A stretch of DNA of 63,297 nucleotides, counting the filler, from an uncultured bacterium (GTDB lineage: Bacteria; DYJV01), in NCBI GenBank assembly GCA_964543655.1. It is 6 parts of 6 records of this genome, joined end to end, with 100 filler letters (N's around TTAATTAATTAA, not from the genome) between each part and the next. Parts side by side here need not be neighbours in the genome. Positions count along the whole stretch, not along the records: positions 1 to 23,092 come from CAZIZE010000020.1; positions 23,193 to 34,812 come from CAZIZE010000024.1; 4 more parts are not named here. The stretch is one strand, 5' to 3'. This document shows, in pieces, positions 20,051-30,895 of the stretch (position 1 is its first letter; every line of letters begins with the position of its first letter). The notes below the pieces were generated by a model that was not told the DNA's origin, searched no databases, and worked only from the letters and a program-made list of their open reading frames with translations. Position numbers and translations under genes: made by a program.

Positions 20051-20837
20051 CATCTGAAAAACCATCTTTTAACACATCAAAAGTTTTCATTCCAATAATA
20101 AGGATAAAAATCGTCCAGAAAAGCATAAGATATACAAAAGTATAATCAACTGACGTATTTAGCATTGCACATCTTAAATTATAGATAAAAGGGTAAACTG
20201 GGTTTGCATAAAGGATAAATTCCATTTTTTTTGGTATCATATACTCAGGATATATAATTGGTGTACCATAAAACCATACAAAAAGGAATATATTTAAAAT
20301 GTGCTGCAAATCTTTTACATACACTGAAATAGCAGAAAGTATAAGGCTAAAGCCAAGAGTAAAAAGATAAAAAGCAACAATAATTAATGGAATATAAATC
20401 CAATTTATAGATAAAAAACCTTTAAAAGCAAGATAAAAAAGAAAAAGTATAAAACCAATACCATTTGTAAAAAAAGATTGCGTTTGAGCAACAAATGGCA
20501 AAATATTAACTGGAAAAGCTACTTTTTGTATAATTGAAGCGTTTTCAAGTAAAATCCCAATGCTCCTCATAATTGACTCCGAAAATGCAAGCCATGGAAA
20601 CATACCAGACAAAAGATATATTACAAAACTATTTGTTCCTGAAAGGTGTGCCTGAAGTTTAATTTTAAGTACTATGGAAAATAGAAAGATATATACAAGA
20701 ATTTGACTTATAGGATTAATTACAAGCCATAGCCTACCTGCAAAAGAGCCTGCAAATCTTCCTTTAATCTCTTTTATTAAAAATTCTTTTATTAAATACC
20801 AGTGATTGTAGTAGAGCAGCAGCCAGTTTTTTATCAT
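20043..20837 (-). CDS. wzm: Polysaccharide export ABC-2 permease (Wzm/RfbA-like)
   Basis: EIKGRFAGS..G..W..INP, KVAFP, TPIIYP, NP motifs; multiple TM segments. Confidence 0.85.
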   Translation of the reverse strand: MIKNWLLLYYNHWYLIKEFLIKEIKGRFAGSFAGRLWLVINPISQILVYIFLFSIVLKIKLQAHLSGTNSFVIYLLSGMFPWLAFSESIMRSIGILLENASIIQKVAFPVNILPFVAQTQSFFTNGIGFILFLFYLAFKGFLSINWIYIPLIIVAFYLFTLGFSLILSAISVYVKDLQHILNIFLFVWFYGTPIIYPEYMIPKKMEFILYANPVYPFIYNLRCAMLNTSVDYTFVYLMLFWTIFILIIGMKTFDVLKDGFSDVI

Positions 20838-23092
20838 ATCAACAATTTTAAAAGACCTTTCTCTATTGCAGCAGGTGAATAAAAATTTTTAATTAAAAAC
20901 AAACCTCTTTCACTAAGCTTTTCCCATGTTTCCCTATCTTTGTACAGCTTAATAACCATCTCTGCAAAAGTTTCTTTATCATCAGCTATTAAAAATGGCG
21001 GCTCATTTTCATTATAATAAAAACCCTCTGCTCCAATTGATGTGGTAACAACAGGCAGACCAAATGCAAGGCTCTGACCTATTTTACCTTTTAACCCGGC
21101 ACCATATCTAAGTGGTGAAATAAAAACTTTAGATTTATTAAAATAAGGGGCTACATCAGGTATAAATCCTTCTATTTTAATATAATCATCTGCAAGCTGC
21201 TTTATGTCAGCTGTGGCATTGCTACCAACAATGTAAACAGGAATTTTTTGGAATTTTTCACAAATTATCGGATAGATCTCTTTTACAAACCACTTTACTG
21301 CATCACCATTTGGAGGATGCTGAAAACCACCAATAAACATCAACCCTTCTCTTAGTTCAAATTCCGGGATTTTATCAACAGGCTCATGAACATTTGGAAT
21401 TACATAAATTTTGTTGTTATCAATTCCTTCTTTATTAAGGGTCTTTTTTTCAATTTCAGTAATAGCAATAACATGGTCACTGCTATTACAGAGAAACATC
21501 TCTATATCTTTCCACTTTCTTGATTCTTCTAAAAATTTTTCATTATTTTCTATTTCAGCCCTTCTTTTCTCCCTTACAAAATGCAAATCAACTGTATCAT
21601 AAATTACCTTTGTTTTAGATGATTTTAAATTATTAATTGTTTGAATGTAATTTTTTGCAATATGAGGTCTCAAAAGCCATATATAATCAAGATAATCTTT
21701 TATTTTTAAAAATTCCTTTTCAAAGTTAAAATGTCTTCCAGTAAAAGTCTCCACACCAAGCTCTCTTAAATGGGTATTGTAAGGTTCAAAAGCTGCAAGA
21801 TTATCAGGCCAGAAGATTACATGCATACTATTTTTAATCATTATTTTAATTAAAGAATACAATCTCAATGAACCTGAATCTTTATCATATTCAGGTAGGT
21901 AATGATCTATTATCAAAACTCTCTTTTTTACACCTCTCTCTTTAGATAGATATAGATAAGAGCTATCTGGATAATGCTCCTTTTCTAAAATATTTTTCCA
22001 TTTATTGTAAAATTTTTCTCTATTTATTTCCTGAAATTTTTTAATTCCACAGGAAGTATCTTTTCCACAGCTAACTCCTTCAAAATGTATAATTTTTGAA
22101 AATGGCTGATACATTACCTTATATCCTGCTGCTCTAACTTTCATCGATAGGTCAGTGTCCTCATAATAAGCTGGTGCAAATTCCTCACTAAACATTCCAA
22201 TGCTTTCAAACAGCTCTTTTTTAATTAAAATAGCAGCGCCAGAGCAATAATCAACTTCTCTAACATAGTTGTATTCAGGTAATTCAGGATCATCAAATTT
22301 ACCAAAATTCCAAGCAGAACCATCAGAAAAAATAATGCTCCCTGCTTCCTGTAACTTACCATCAGGGTAAACAAGCTTTGCACCAACCATTCCACATTTT
22401 TCAATATTTTCAAATAATTTTAACATATTTTCAAGCCACTTTTTTGTTACCATTGTGTCATTGTTGAGAAACAAAAGATACTTACCTTTGGCTATTTTAG
22501 CTCCTTTGTTGCAATTTTTTAAGAAACCTAAATTTTCTTTATTTTTAACATAATTTATTCCATTAATAGATTGCATAATTTTCTCTGTATTATCAGAGGA
22601 ACAATCATCAATTATAATAACCTCATACTCTACGTTGCCACTATTTTCCAGAATAGATTTCAAACAGTTATATGTGTAAGTGGCTTGATTGTAAACAGGT
22701 ATAATAATTGAAACAAATGGTTTCTCAAAAACTTTAAAACTTAAAAGCTTTATATCTTTTGTAAAATCAATACATTCCTCTTGCAAATTTGAACTACCTT
22801 TTAATTTCTGAAAATAGTTGTAAGACTTTTTTAAAAATAAGTAAAATCCTTCTTTTTTTAAATATTTAATTGCATTTAAAAATAGCAGGTATATTTTTCT
22901 TAATTTACTCTGCTCTGGGAAGATAACATCAATAATTTTCCTATATTTAGTGATTATTGACCATGCAAGTGAGTTCTCTATTTCAGCAATTTGAAATTTT
23001 AATGAAAGCAATTGATTGTTCTGTTCATAAATTCTGTTTTTCAACTCTTGCTGCTTTGCTTCTAATTCTATAATTTTTTCATTTAATTGTTT
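20834..23092 (-). CDS. GT2 plus GT4-like glycosyltransferase fusion, 5'-truncated by an assembly gap
   Basis: VSIIIPVYN, DDCSSD, FLNND, YYEDTD, then HPPNGDA and RYGAGLKGK; the frame stays open up to the gap. Confidence 0.88.
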   Translation of the reverse strand, partial: KQLNEKIIELEAKQQELKNRIYEQNNQLLSLKFQIAEIENSLAWSIITKYRKIIDVIFPEQSKLRKIYLLFLNAIKYLKKEGFYLFLKKSYNYFQKLKGSSNLQEECIDFTKDIKLLSFKVFEKPFVSIIIPVYNQATYTYNCLKSILENSGNVEYEVIIIDDCSSDNTEKIMQSINGINYVKNKENLGFLKNCNKGAKIAKGKYLLFLNNDTMVTKKWLENMLKLFENIEKCGMVGAKLVYPDGKLQEAGSIIFSDGSAWNFGKFDDPELPEYNYVREVDYCSGAAILIKKELFESIGMFSEEFAPAYYEDTDLSMKVRAAGYKVMYQPFSKIIHFEGVSCGKDTSCGIKKFQEINREKFYNKWKNILEKEHYPDSSYLYLSKERGVKKRVLIIDHYLPEYDKDSGSLRLYSLIKIMIKNSMHVIFWPDNLAAFEPYNTHLRELGVETFTGRHFNFEKEFLKIKDYLDYIWLLRPHIAKNYIQTINNLKSSKTKVIYDTVDLHFVREKRRAEIENNEKFLEESRKWKDIEMFLCNSSDHVIAITEIEKKTLNKEGIDNNKIYVIPNVHEPVDKIPEFELREGLMFIGGFQHPPNGDAVKWFVKEIYPIICEKFQKIPVYIVGSNATADIKQLADDYIKIEGFIPDVAPYFNKSKVFISPLRYGAGLKGKIGQSLAFGLPVVTTSIGAEGFYYNENEPPFLIADDKETFAEMVIKLYKDRETWEKLSERGLFLIKNFYSPAAIEKGLLKLLI

Positions 23093-23192
23093 NNNNNNNN
23101 NNNNNNNNNNNNNNNNNNNNNNNNNNNNNNNNNNNNTTAATTAATTAANNNNNNNNNNNNNNNNNNNNNNNNNNNNNNNNNNNNNNNNNNNN
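23093..23192. other. Artificial contig linker
   Basis: 100 bp of N with central TTAATTAATTAA (stops in all frames). Confidence 0.98.
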
Positions 23193-23197
23193 TATTA

Positions 23198-23620
23198 CTA
23201 AGAAGAACCTATAATTGTCACTGAAACCTTTCTCTTTCTTGCTCTAATATCATGGTTAATTAAAACCACCTGTTGCCAGGTACCAAGCTGCATCTCTCCA
23301 TTGGAAACAGGTATAGTTATTGATGGACCAAGCAAAGCCGCCTGCACATGGCTGTGGCCATTGCCATCGTGCCATGCTCTTTCATGCTCATAAAAATCCC
23401 CTTTTGGAGCAATGCTGTTAATTATTCTTTTTAAATCTTGAACTACCCCAGGCTCAAACTCTATTGTTGTAATAGAGCCTGTGGAACCTAAAACAAAGGC
23501 TGTTAAAATTCCTCGCTTTATCCCTGAACTATTTAAAATATCTTCAAGTTCATAAGTAATATTTTTTATATCAATCCCAATATCAGTTGTTATTAACAAA
23601 TTCTCTGAATAAATTTCCAT
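23198..23620 (-). CDS. yjbQ: YjbQ/UPF0047 family protein
   Basis: Y.H....DGNGHSH and LGTWQ motifs; probable start ATG 23620. Confidence 0.88.
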   Translation of the reverse strand: MEIYSENLLITTDIGIDIKNITYELEDILNSSGIKRGILTAFVLGSTGSITTIEFEPGVVQDLKRIINSIAPKGDFYEHERAWHDGNGHSHVQAALLGPSITIPVSNGEMQLGTWQQVVLINHDIRARKRKVSVTIIGSS

Positions 23621-23636
23621 TGCTTTATTTAAAATC

Positions 23637-26261
23637 TTAAACAGGAGCAATATCTGCTTCTTTTTTTATTAATTCTCTACTTAACTTCTGTAAATTGCTC
23701 TGCAACCTTGTTTCAAAAAATTCTTTTGCTTCTTTAAGGAGTTCTTTACCTTTATCTTTCTCACCAGAGTTAAAAGTTTTCACAGCATTCCAGATTCTTT
23801 CATGATATTCTCTGTGAGCCTTTTCTAAGTCATCAAGATAAGAGACATTTTTTAACTTATCTTTTATTTCATACAACCATTTGCCAAAATCACAATTTTC
23901 ATGATTTTTCAACATATCATCGCCTATTTTATCTGAAATTTCCATCTCTGTTGCTATTGCTTCAAGATAAATTTTATGCTTTTCAACAGCTGAGTAAACT
24001 TCAAAATTTTTATTTAATTTAAACACTTCAAAATCTTTCATTAATTTTTCTGAAATTTCCATACTGTGTATCTGTATTTCTGTAATTTTTTCAAGATTAT
24101 CACTATTGGTTTTATTTATTTCTGTGAGATCATTTAAAACATTTTCTATTTTTTCCACAGCTTGAATCTGATAATCTGTTTTCTCTGTGAGATTGGTAAT
24201 TAACCTATCAGTATTATCAACCTTTTCTACAACAGCAACCACACTCTCCTTCTGTTCATTCATAGTGGTCTCTGTATATGAAATGGAATCTTTCATTTCA
24301 AGAATAGCTTTAATAACATTTTCACTTGATTCCTTCTGCTCCTGAGCAGTATTATTAATAGCTGTAACCATTGCTTCCATTTCATCCATTTTAGAAAGGA
24401 TAATATCTCCAGATTCTTCTAATTCTTTTGAAAGTTCAAGAATATGGTCGCATTTCTCTTTAACATTTAAAACACTTTTAACAAGTTGAGCACTAACTTC
24501 TGCCTGCTCAGTAGTAGCATTGGTAATCTGCATAACAAAATTCTTGGACTCTTCACTTGCCATATTAATCTCTTTAACAACATTAGAGGTATTTTCTGCT
24601 AATTGTGTTCCATTTTCAACAGCAGCAATACTTTCCTCTGAAACCTTGGTTGAATTTGCAACTTTTTGCTGAATATTTTTAATAAGACTTGCTATATCTT
24701 TTGCTGCAATGGAGCTTCTCTCTGCAAGCTTCCTCACTTCATCAGCTACAACAGCAAAACCTTTTCCTGCTTCACCTGCTCTTGCAGCTTCAATTGCTGC
24801 ATTTAATGCAAGTAAGTTTGTCTGCTCTGCTATTTCATCAATAGTATCTGTAATTTTTCCAATATCAGATGCCATACCAGATAATTCTTCAATGTCTTTA
24901 ACTATATCAAAAACTTTATCTTTAATATCTGCTATTGAGTTTACAAGTGTTTGTAATGACTCAACTCCTCTATTTGCTTTATCAAGAGTCTCTTCACTTA
25001 ACTCCTGTGCTTTTTTAGCATTTTCAGCAACATTTTCTATACTTGCACTCTGTTCATTAACTGCACTTGAAACAGCATCCATCTCTGCTGTGATAATTTC
25101 TGCTGATTCAACAGTTTTTACAATTTTCTCTTTTACCATTTCACCTGCATTTCTAACATCAAGCACACCATTAGCAGCCTGAGAAATCTGATCAGCTGTA
25201 TGCTCAACACCTTTTATAATAGTCTCTATAACGTCAATGGTGGTGTTGCTAACTTCAGCTATTTTACTGATAAGTTCTGAAACAACTCCTATACCTTTTT
25301 CCATTTCCCTTGCAGAATCAGAAACATCATTGGAAATATTTTTAATCTCAAGTAATTCTTCGTTGCTTTCATAAATAGAATTAATAAGCTCTTTTGTTTT
25401 TTCAACTGTGGTCTCAATTTCTACACTTGTTTGCTTTATACTTTTTTCAAGAAATGTTTTAACTTTTTTCAAACCAATTGAGCCTATTTCAACATCAAGA
25501 ACATTTGCTTTTATTTGACCAATTAACTGGTTAAAATTATCAGATAACTTTTTAATGTAAAAATTGAGAGTCTCTGTTTCATCAACAATTTTTTTTGGTA
25601 CTGATATTTCCACACTTAAATCACCTGATGATAACCTATCAGTAATCTCTATAACTTCAGATATTTTTGTATTAATTTTTTTAGCTGTCATGAAAAATAA
25701 GAAACATAAAATTATACCAATAACAATTGCAATAATCATTGCATAATCAAGGTACAACCCTTTAGCTTCTGAATCTTTCTGCATCATAAAAACAGCCTTG
25801 TTCATCTCCTTTAATAACTGGATATTATGGTCAAGAACATAATCTAAATTTTCCTCTTTTTTATTTTCAAGATATGAATTTACATTTGCATAAAATGTAT
25901 CCCACATATTTTTTACTTTTAATAACTGATTCTTAATCTTCTGATTTTGTGCTGGTGGCAAAGTGGTAAATTTAGTCATTTTCAAATCAAGAGCTGCCTC
26001 ACCGCCATAAATTAAAGCTTTGAGAGTTGTATCAAAAAGTTTAGCAGTTAAAATTATATCATCTTTTTTGATTTTATTTTTCTCATACAGGCTTAACTCT
26101 TTACTGAGTTTCTGAGTAAGCATTCTCTGTCTTCCAGCAAGATTAATAACAACAGCATCTTCTTTGGTAAGACTTGCAAGGTAAAGGGTAGTAACAAAAA
26201 TACCTACAAGTAGGGCAAGAAAAATTAGGCTAAAAGTAATTAACTTTCCTTTAATTGTCAT
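23637..26261 (-). CDS. Methyl-accepting chemotaxis protein with PilJ/NarX-type sensor, HAMP and C-terminal CZB domain
   Basis: [49 protein letters not shown]-terminal H...CDFGKW...H..YH. Confidence 0.92.
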   Translation of the reverse strand: MTIKGKLITFSLIFLALLVGIFVTTLYLASLTKEDAVVINLAGRQRMLTQKLSKELSLYEKNKIKKDDIILTAKLFDTTLKALIYGGEAALDLKMTKFTTLPPAQNQKIKNQLLKVKNMWDTFYANVNSYLENKKEENLDYVLDHNIQLLKEMNKAVFMMQKDSEAKGLYLDYAMIIAIVIGIILCFLFFMTAKKINTKISEVIEITDRLSSGDLSVEISVPKKIVDETETLNFYIKKLSDNFNQLIGQIKANVLDVEIGSIGLKKVKTFLEKSIKQTSVEIETTVEKTKELINSIYESNEELLEIKNISNDVSDSAREMEKGIGVVSELISKIAEVSNTTIDVIETIIKGVEHTADQISQAANGVLDVRNAGEMVKEKIVKTVESAEIITAEMDAVSSAVNEQSASIENVAENAKKAQELSEETLDKANRGVESLQTLVNSIADIKDKVFDIVKDIEELSGMASDIGKITDTIDEIAEQTNLLALNAAIEAARAGEAGKGFAVVADEVRKLAERSSIAAKDIASLIKNIQQKVANSTKVSEESIAAVENGTQLAENTSNVVKEINMASEESKNFVMQITNATTEQAEVSAQLVKSVLNVKEKCDHILELSKELEESGDIILSKMDEMEAMVTAINNTAQEQKESSENVIKAILEMKDSISYTETTMNEQKESVVAVVEKVDNTDRLITNLTEKTDYQIQAVEKIENVLNDLTEINKTNSDNLEKITEIQIHSMEISEKLMKDFEVFKLNKNFEVYSAVEKHKIYLEAIATEMEISDKIGDDMLKNHENCDFGKWLYEIKDKLKNVSYLDDLEKAHREYHERIWNAVKTFNSGEKDKGKELLKEAKEFFETRLQSNLQKLSRELIKKEADIAPV

Positions 26262-26317
26262 ATTGGAACCTCCAGATTTTTTAATTCTATTCTATATATA
26301 ATTTTTTTTAAAAATTT

Positions 26318-27082
26318 TCAATTATTTTTAAGAAAAAATTCAATTGCTGCTTTTAATTTATCAATATTTACATCTGTATTAAAGCAAGGACCAAAAGGTC
26401 TTTTATTGGTGATACCATAAACAGGTAGAGGGAAAGCATCCTGAATACCTGATGCAAGGTCCCTTTCACATGCAACTGCAATAATAAACTTTGGTCTGTA
26501 ATCTTTGATTAATTTTCTCGCCATTGTGCCGCCTGTTGCAATAGCAGCTTTGATATTGTATTGAGATGTTGTTTCTATAATATCCTTTATTTTGCATTTT
26601 CCGCATAATTTACAATTTTCTATATTATTGGTAATTTTAAATGCACAATCAAAATTCTGCAAACAATGAGGTAGTAAAATTAATATCTCATCTTTGTTAA
26701 ATTTATGCTCATAATTTTTAAGTAGAGAATTATTTATTTCAATAAATGAGTTTCTAATTTTATCAGTGTCTATTTTAAAGATATTCCCAATTAAAAGCAC
26801 AAGAGGATACAAAATTTTAATTGCAATTAATCTAACCTTTTTGAAAATAAAAAAATCTTTTCCCCTTATTATTGAAATAACTAAAATAAAAACAAGAAAA
26901 GTCAAAATCAGAGGAATTCCAAATAAAATAGTGAAAAATATATAATCAACAAAAGCAGGCAGATTTTTGAATCCCACCAATGGCACAAAGTATAAAAATG
27001 CAAAAATTAGGTAAATAAAAACAACAACTGCTGTTAAAAGAAAAATTATTAGTCTTTTTTTAGGCTTCTCATTATTTATCAA
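26318..27082 (-). CDS. DUF116 family membrane protein
   Basis: LLPHCLQ, CKLCGKC, ATGGT, AVACERDL, GPCFNT; downstream of fmt. Confidence 0.85.
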   Translation of the reverse strand: MINNEKPKKRLIIFLLTAVVVFIYLIFAFLYFVPLVGFKNLPAFVDYIFFTILFGIPLILTFLVFILVISIIRGKDFFIFKKVRLIAIKILYPLVLLIGNIFKIDTDKIRNSFIEINNSLLKNYEHKFNKDEILILLPHCLQNFDCAFKITNNIENCKLCGKCKIKDIIETTSQYNIKAAIATGGTMARKLIKDYRPKFIIAVACERDLASGIQDAFPLPVYGITNKRPFGPCFNTDVNIDKLKAAIEFFLKNN

Positions 27083-28004
27083 TTAAAATATCCCCTGTTT
27101 TTATATTTACTCCATTAAGAAATTCAGAAGCTTTTAAAACCTTTTTACCTGCTAACTGAACTTCTAAAATTTCTATCAATCTCTTATCTCCGCAAACTAC
27201 TCCAAAAGACTTTTTAGAAATTCTAACAAGTGTACCTGCAGGGAGGTTAAATCTACGATTTAAAATTTTTGACCTATAAATTTTTAAAATTTTACCATTA
27301 AAATAAGTATATGAAACAGGCCAGGCAACAAGAGCTCTTATTTGGTTGTATATTTTCAATGAATTATCGTTCCAGTTAATTAAACCATCCTCTTTTGTTA
27401 TTAATTTGCAATATGTTGCTAAATCTTCATTCTGCTTAATCTTTGTAATATTATCAATCTGCTCAATAACATTAATTAACAAATCAGCACCTAAGTGAGA
27501 TAATTTGTTATGCAATGAGAAATAATCATCATTTTCCTCAATTTTAACCTCTTTCTGACATAATATATCGCCAGCATCCATTTTTTCTGAAATTTCAATA
27601 ATAGAAACACCTGTTTTTATATCACCATTTAATAGGCAACTCTGTATAGGAGAGGGACCTCTATACAGGGGAAGAAGTGAAGGGTGAATATTTATAATTT
27701 TATACTTAGGAATAGTAAAAATCTCTTTTGAAATTATCTGAGCATAAGAAACAACAACACCTAAATCAATCTTTTTCTCTAAAATAAAATTTTCTATAGA
27801 TTTAGAATTAATATTTTCTGGTTGTAAAATATCTATTCCTAAATATTGAGAAGCTGTTTTAACTGGTGAAAAAATCAACTTTTTCCCTCTGCCACCTCTT
27901 TTATCAGGCTGGGTTACAACAGCTTCTACATTAAAACCTCTATCTATTAATTTTTTCAATGGTAACACAGCAAACTCAGAAGTGCCAATAAATATAATGT
28001 TCAT
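27072..28004 (-). CDS. fmt: Methionyl-tRNA formyltransferase
   Basis: VVTQPDK, NIHPSLLP.YRG.SPIQ, MDAGD. Confidence 0.95.
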   Translation of the reverse strand: MNIIFIGTSEFAVLPLKKLIDRGFNVEAVVTQPDKRGGRGKKLIFSPVKTASQYLGIDILQPENINSKSIENFILEKKIDLGVVVSYAQIISKEIFTIPKYKIINIHPSLLPLYRGPSPIQSCLLNGDIKTGVSIIEISEKMDAGDILCQKEVKIEENDDYFSLHNKLSHLGADLLINVIEQIDNITKIKQNEDLATYCKLITKEDGLINWNDNSLKIYNQIRALVAWPVSYTYFNGKILKIYRSKILNRRFNLPAGTLVRISKKSFGVVCGDKRLIEILEVQLAGKKVLKASEFLNGVNIKTGDILIDK

Positions 28005-28079
28005 GTTCACACCTTTAAGTGATAATTATAATAATAGAAAACAAATGTAAACAAACAGCTATTTTTATTTTACTTACCT

Positions 28080-28136
28080 CAAAAGCAGCTATTTTGAGGG
28101 CTTCACCCCGAAAAATCTTTTGCTTAAAGGCTGGTT
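28080..28136 (-). repeat. Dispersed intergenic repeat, copy B
   Basis: Matches 4689-4745; starts 5 bp after the tlyA stop. Confidence 0.75.
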
Positions 28137-28141
28137 CCCTA

Positions 28142-28879
28142 TTATTTATCACATTTTTTCAAATGAATCAAAAACTCTTTATTTCCTTTTTGACCAAGAA
28201 TTGGTGAGTTGGTTAAACCTTTTACTTTAAGTCCTAATTTTTCAAAAAAAATTGTAAGTTCTTCAATGACGTGCTTATGTTTTTCTCCATCTTTAACAAT
28301 TCCACCTTTGCCAACCTCATTTTTGCCAACTTCAAATTGAGGTTTTATAAGAGCCACTATATCTCCATTTGATTTTAGAAATTCAATTGCTTTTGGGATA
28401 ATTATTTTCAGAGAAATAAATGAAACATCTACAACTATTATATCTACTAATTCATTAATTTTATCTTTTTCAATATATCTGAAATTACATCTTTCAATAA
28501 CTTTTACCCTGCTATCTTGCCTTAGCTTAAAATCAAGCTGACCATAACCTACATCTACAGCATATACCTTTTCTATACTATTTTGCAATAAACAATCTGT
28601 GAATCCACCAGTTGATGCACCAATATCAATTGCAACTTTTCCATCTAAATTTAAATTAAACTCCTTTAATGCATGCTCTAATTTTAATCCACCTCTACTA
28701 ACATACTTTATACGCTCTTTAATAATAATTTCCTCTTTTCCAGAAAATCTGGTGCCTGGTTTTGTAATTTTTTGGCCATTAACCAGTACATTACCAGACA
28801 TTATAAGAGCTTTTGCTTTTTCTCTGCTATTTGTTAAACCTTTTTCAAATAGAAGAATATCAAGTCGCTTTTTATCCAT
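28142..28879 (-). CDS. tlyA: TlyA family rRNA methyltransferase
   Basis: S4 domain, YVSRGGLKL, DIGASTGGFTD, DVSFIS, KPQFE. Confidence 0.95.
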   Translation of the reverse strand: MDKKRLDILLFEKGLTNSREKAKALIMSGNVLVNGQKITKPGTRFSGKEEIIIKERIKYVSRGGLKLEHALKEFNLNLDGKVAIDIGASTGGFTDCLLQNSIEKVYAVDVGYGQLDFKLRQDSRVKVIERCNFRYIEKDKINELVDIIVVDVSFISLKIIIPKAIEFLKSNGDIVALIKPQFEVGKNEVGKGGIVKDGEKHKHVIEELTIFFEKLGLKVKGLTNSPILGQKGNKEFLIHLKKCDK

Positions 28880-28923
28880 TTTTTTAAGTTGTAACTAAAA
28901 TTTTGTTATGCTAATTAATAGCA

Positions 28924-29883
28924 ATGGAAAGTGTTAATATTAAATTCTGTGCAATGTTAAATAACATAAGGATAGATAAATATCTTGCTCAAACTTTAAA
29001 ATATTCAAGATCGCACATTAGCAAGATTATAAATGAAGGAAATTTATTAGTCAATAACAAAAAAGTTAAATCAAGCTATACAGTAAAAAAACATGACACC
29101 ATTTTTATTACTTTAAAAAAACCTGAAAAATTAAACCTTACACCTCAAAATTTAAATATAGAAATAGTTTATCAAGATGAATTTATAGCTGTTGTTAATA
29201 AACCTGCAAATATGGTAGTTCATCCATCTGCAGGACACAATCAAAATACCCTTGTAAATGCACTTCTATTTCATTGTAAAAATCTATCATCAATTAATGA
29301 TGTTATTAGACCAGGTATTGTGCACAGACTTGATAAAGACACTTCAGGATTGATGGTTATAGCAAAGAATAATTTAGCACATCTCTCCTTATCAGAGCAA
29401 TTTAAAAATAGAAATGTAAAAAAGTATTACAAGGCTTTAACTTTTGGTATAGTTAAACCTGAAAAAGGCAGAATTGAGAGTTTTATAGGAAGGCATAAAA
29501 AAAATCGTTTAAAATTTTCATCATTTACATCAAGTGGCAAACTTGCTATTACCAATTATTCAGTTGAAAAATATTTTAAAAATTTCTCATTACTTGATAT
29601 TAACATTGAAACAGGAAGAACTCACCAGATAAGAGTTCATTTATCAGAAAAAGGCTTTCCACTTGTTGGTGATAGCTTATATGCAAGTAAAAAAATTTTA
29701 AAAACTTTACCTTATAAAATTGAAAGAGTGTTTCTTCATTCTTATAGATTAATTTTTAACCATCCTGAAACAGAGGAAGTATTAGATTTCAGAATTGAAT
29801 TACCAGTTGAATTGAAAAATTTTTTAAGAAGAATAGAAGATGAAAAAAATAACATTTCAAGAAAGCTTAACATTAAACAGTAA
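28924..29883 (+). CDS. rluD: RluA/RluD family pseudouridine synthase
   Basis: S4 domain, RPGIVHRLDKDTSG, TGRTHQIRVH. Confidence 0.92.
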   Translation: MESVNIKFCAMLNNIRIDKYLAQTLKYSRSHISKIINEGNLLVNNKKVKSSYTVKKHDTIFITLKKPEKLNLTPQNLNIEIVYQDEFIAVVNKPANMVVHPSAGHNQNTLVNALLFHCKNLSSINDVIRPGIVHRLDKDTSGLMVIAKNNLAHLSLSEQFKNRNVKKYYKALTFGIVKPEKGRIESFIGRHKKNRLKFSSFTSSGKLAITNYSVEKYFKNFSLLDINIETGRTHQIRVHLSEKGFPLVGDSLYASKKILKTLPYKIERVFLHSYRLIFNHPETEEVLDFRIELPVELKNFLRRIEDEKNNISRKLNIKQ

Positions 29884-30895
29884 ATTATACATTGATTGCA
29901 GATCTCCTGCTGAGTATGAAATAGACCATATTCCCAACTCTTATAATATTCCTATTCTTGATAATCATGAAAGAGCTATTATTGGCAAAATATACAAAGA
30001 GAAAGGAAGTTTTGAAGCGAAGAAAAAGGGAGTTGAAATTGTATCACCAAAATTAAAAGATTTAATTGATACTCTTCTAAATATTACTGAAAATTTTAAA
30101 AATATTATTTTTTATTGTGCAAGAGGAGGTTTGCGCTCTACAGCTCTTGCCAACTTTTTCTCACTTGTTTCAAGCAAAAATATTTTAATTCTCAATAGAG
30201 GATATAAAGGTTACAGAAATTATATTTTAACCTTTTTTAAGCACTTTGATTTTAAAGGTAAGTTTTTAGTGGTAGATGGTTTTACAGGTAGTGGCAAAAC
30301 TCTAATTTTAAAAAACTTAAAAGAAAAGGGGCTACCTGTAATTGATCTTGAAGATTTAGCAAAACATAGAGGCTCTGTTTTTGGTGGTGTTGGAATTGAA
30401 AAAAAGCCGTCACAGAAAAAGTTTGAAACTCTCTTATGGTATGAAATGAATAAATTTAAAAATAAAAGCATAATTATAGTTGAAGGTGAGAGCAAAAATA
30501 TTGGTAAAATTTCTTTACCTGCAAAATTTTATGAAAAAATGAACAGTAGCCCTCATATATGGATAGAGACTGATGATAATCTACGTGTAAAAATCATCAA
30601 AGAAGATTATCTTGCAAATATAAAATCATACAATGAATTAACAGAGCCAGTGCTTTATTTAAAAAGATTTTTAGGTAAAAAAAATGTGAACATGCTTGTA
30701 GAGGAGATAAAAAAAGAAAATTTTGATTTTGTAATAATGTTTTTGCTAAAAAATTATTATGATATTCTTTACAAAAAACATAGATTACCAGAAGAAAAGT
30801 TTTATAAAAAAATCTATTTCACCAATATATTAGAAGGGACAGAAAAGATAGAGGAAATATTTTATGAGCTAAAAGGAGATAAATGGAACCATTAG
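29840..30895 (+). CDS. mnmH: tRNA 2-selenouridine(34) synthase
   Basis: Rhodanese domain (DCRSPAEY...YCARGGLRS), P-loop GFTGSGKT, DLEDLAKHRGSVFG, EGES..IG. Confidence 0.93.
   Translation: MKKITFQESLTLNSKLYIDCRSPAEYEIDHIPNSYNIPILDNHERAIIGKIYKEKGSFEAKKKGVEIVSPKLKDLIDTLLNITENFKNIIFYCARGGLRSTALANFFSLVSSKNILILNRGYKGYRNYILTFFKHFDFKGKFLVVDGFTGSGKTLILKNLKEKGLPVIDLEDLAKHRGSVFGGVGIEKKPSQKKFETLLWYEMNKFKNKSIIIVEGESKNIGKISLPAKFYEKMNSSPHIWIETDDNLRVKIIKEDYLANIKSYNELTEPVLYLKRFLGKKNVNMLVEEIKKENFDFVIMFLLKNYYDILYKKHRLPEEKFYKKIYFTNILEGTEKIEEIFYELKGDKWNH

Noticed and set aside
20043-20837. wzm without an adjacent wzt
   Set aside because: The operon is cut by an assembly gap upstream, so the absence is uninformative.
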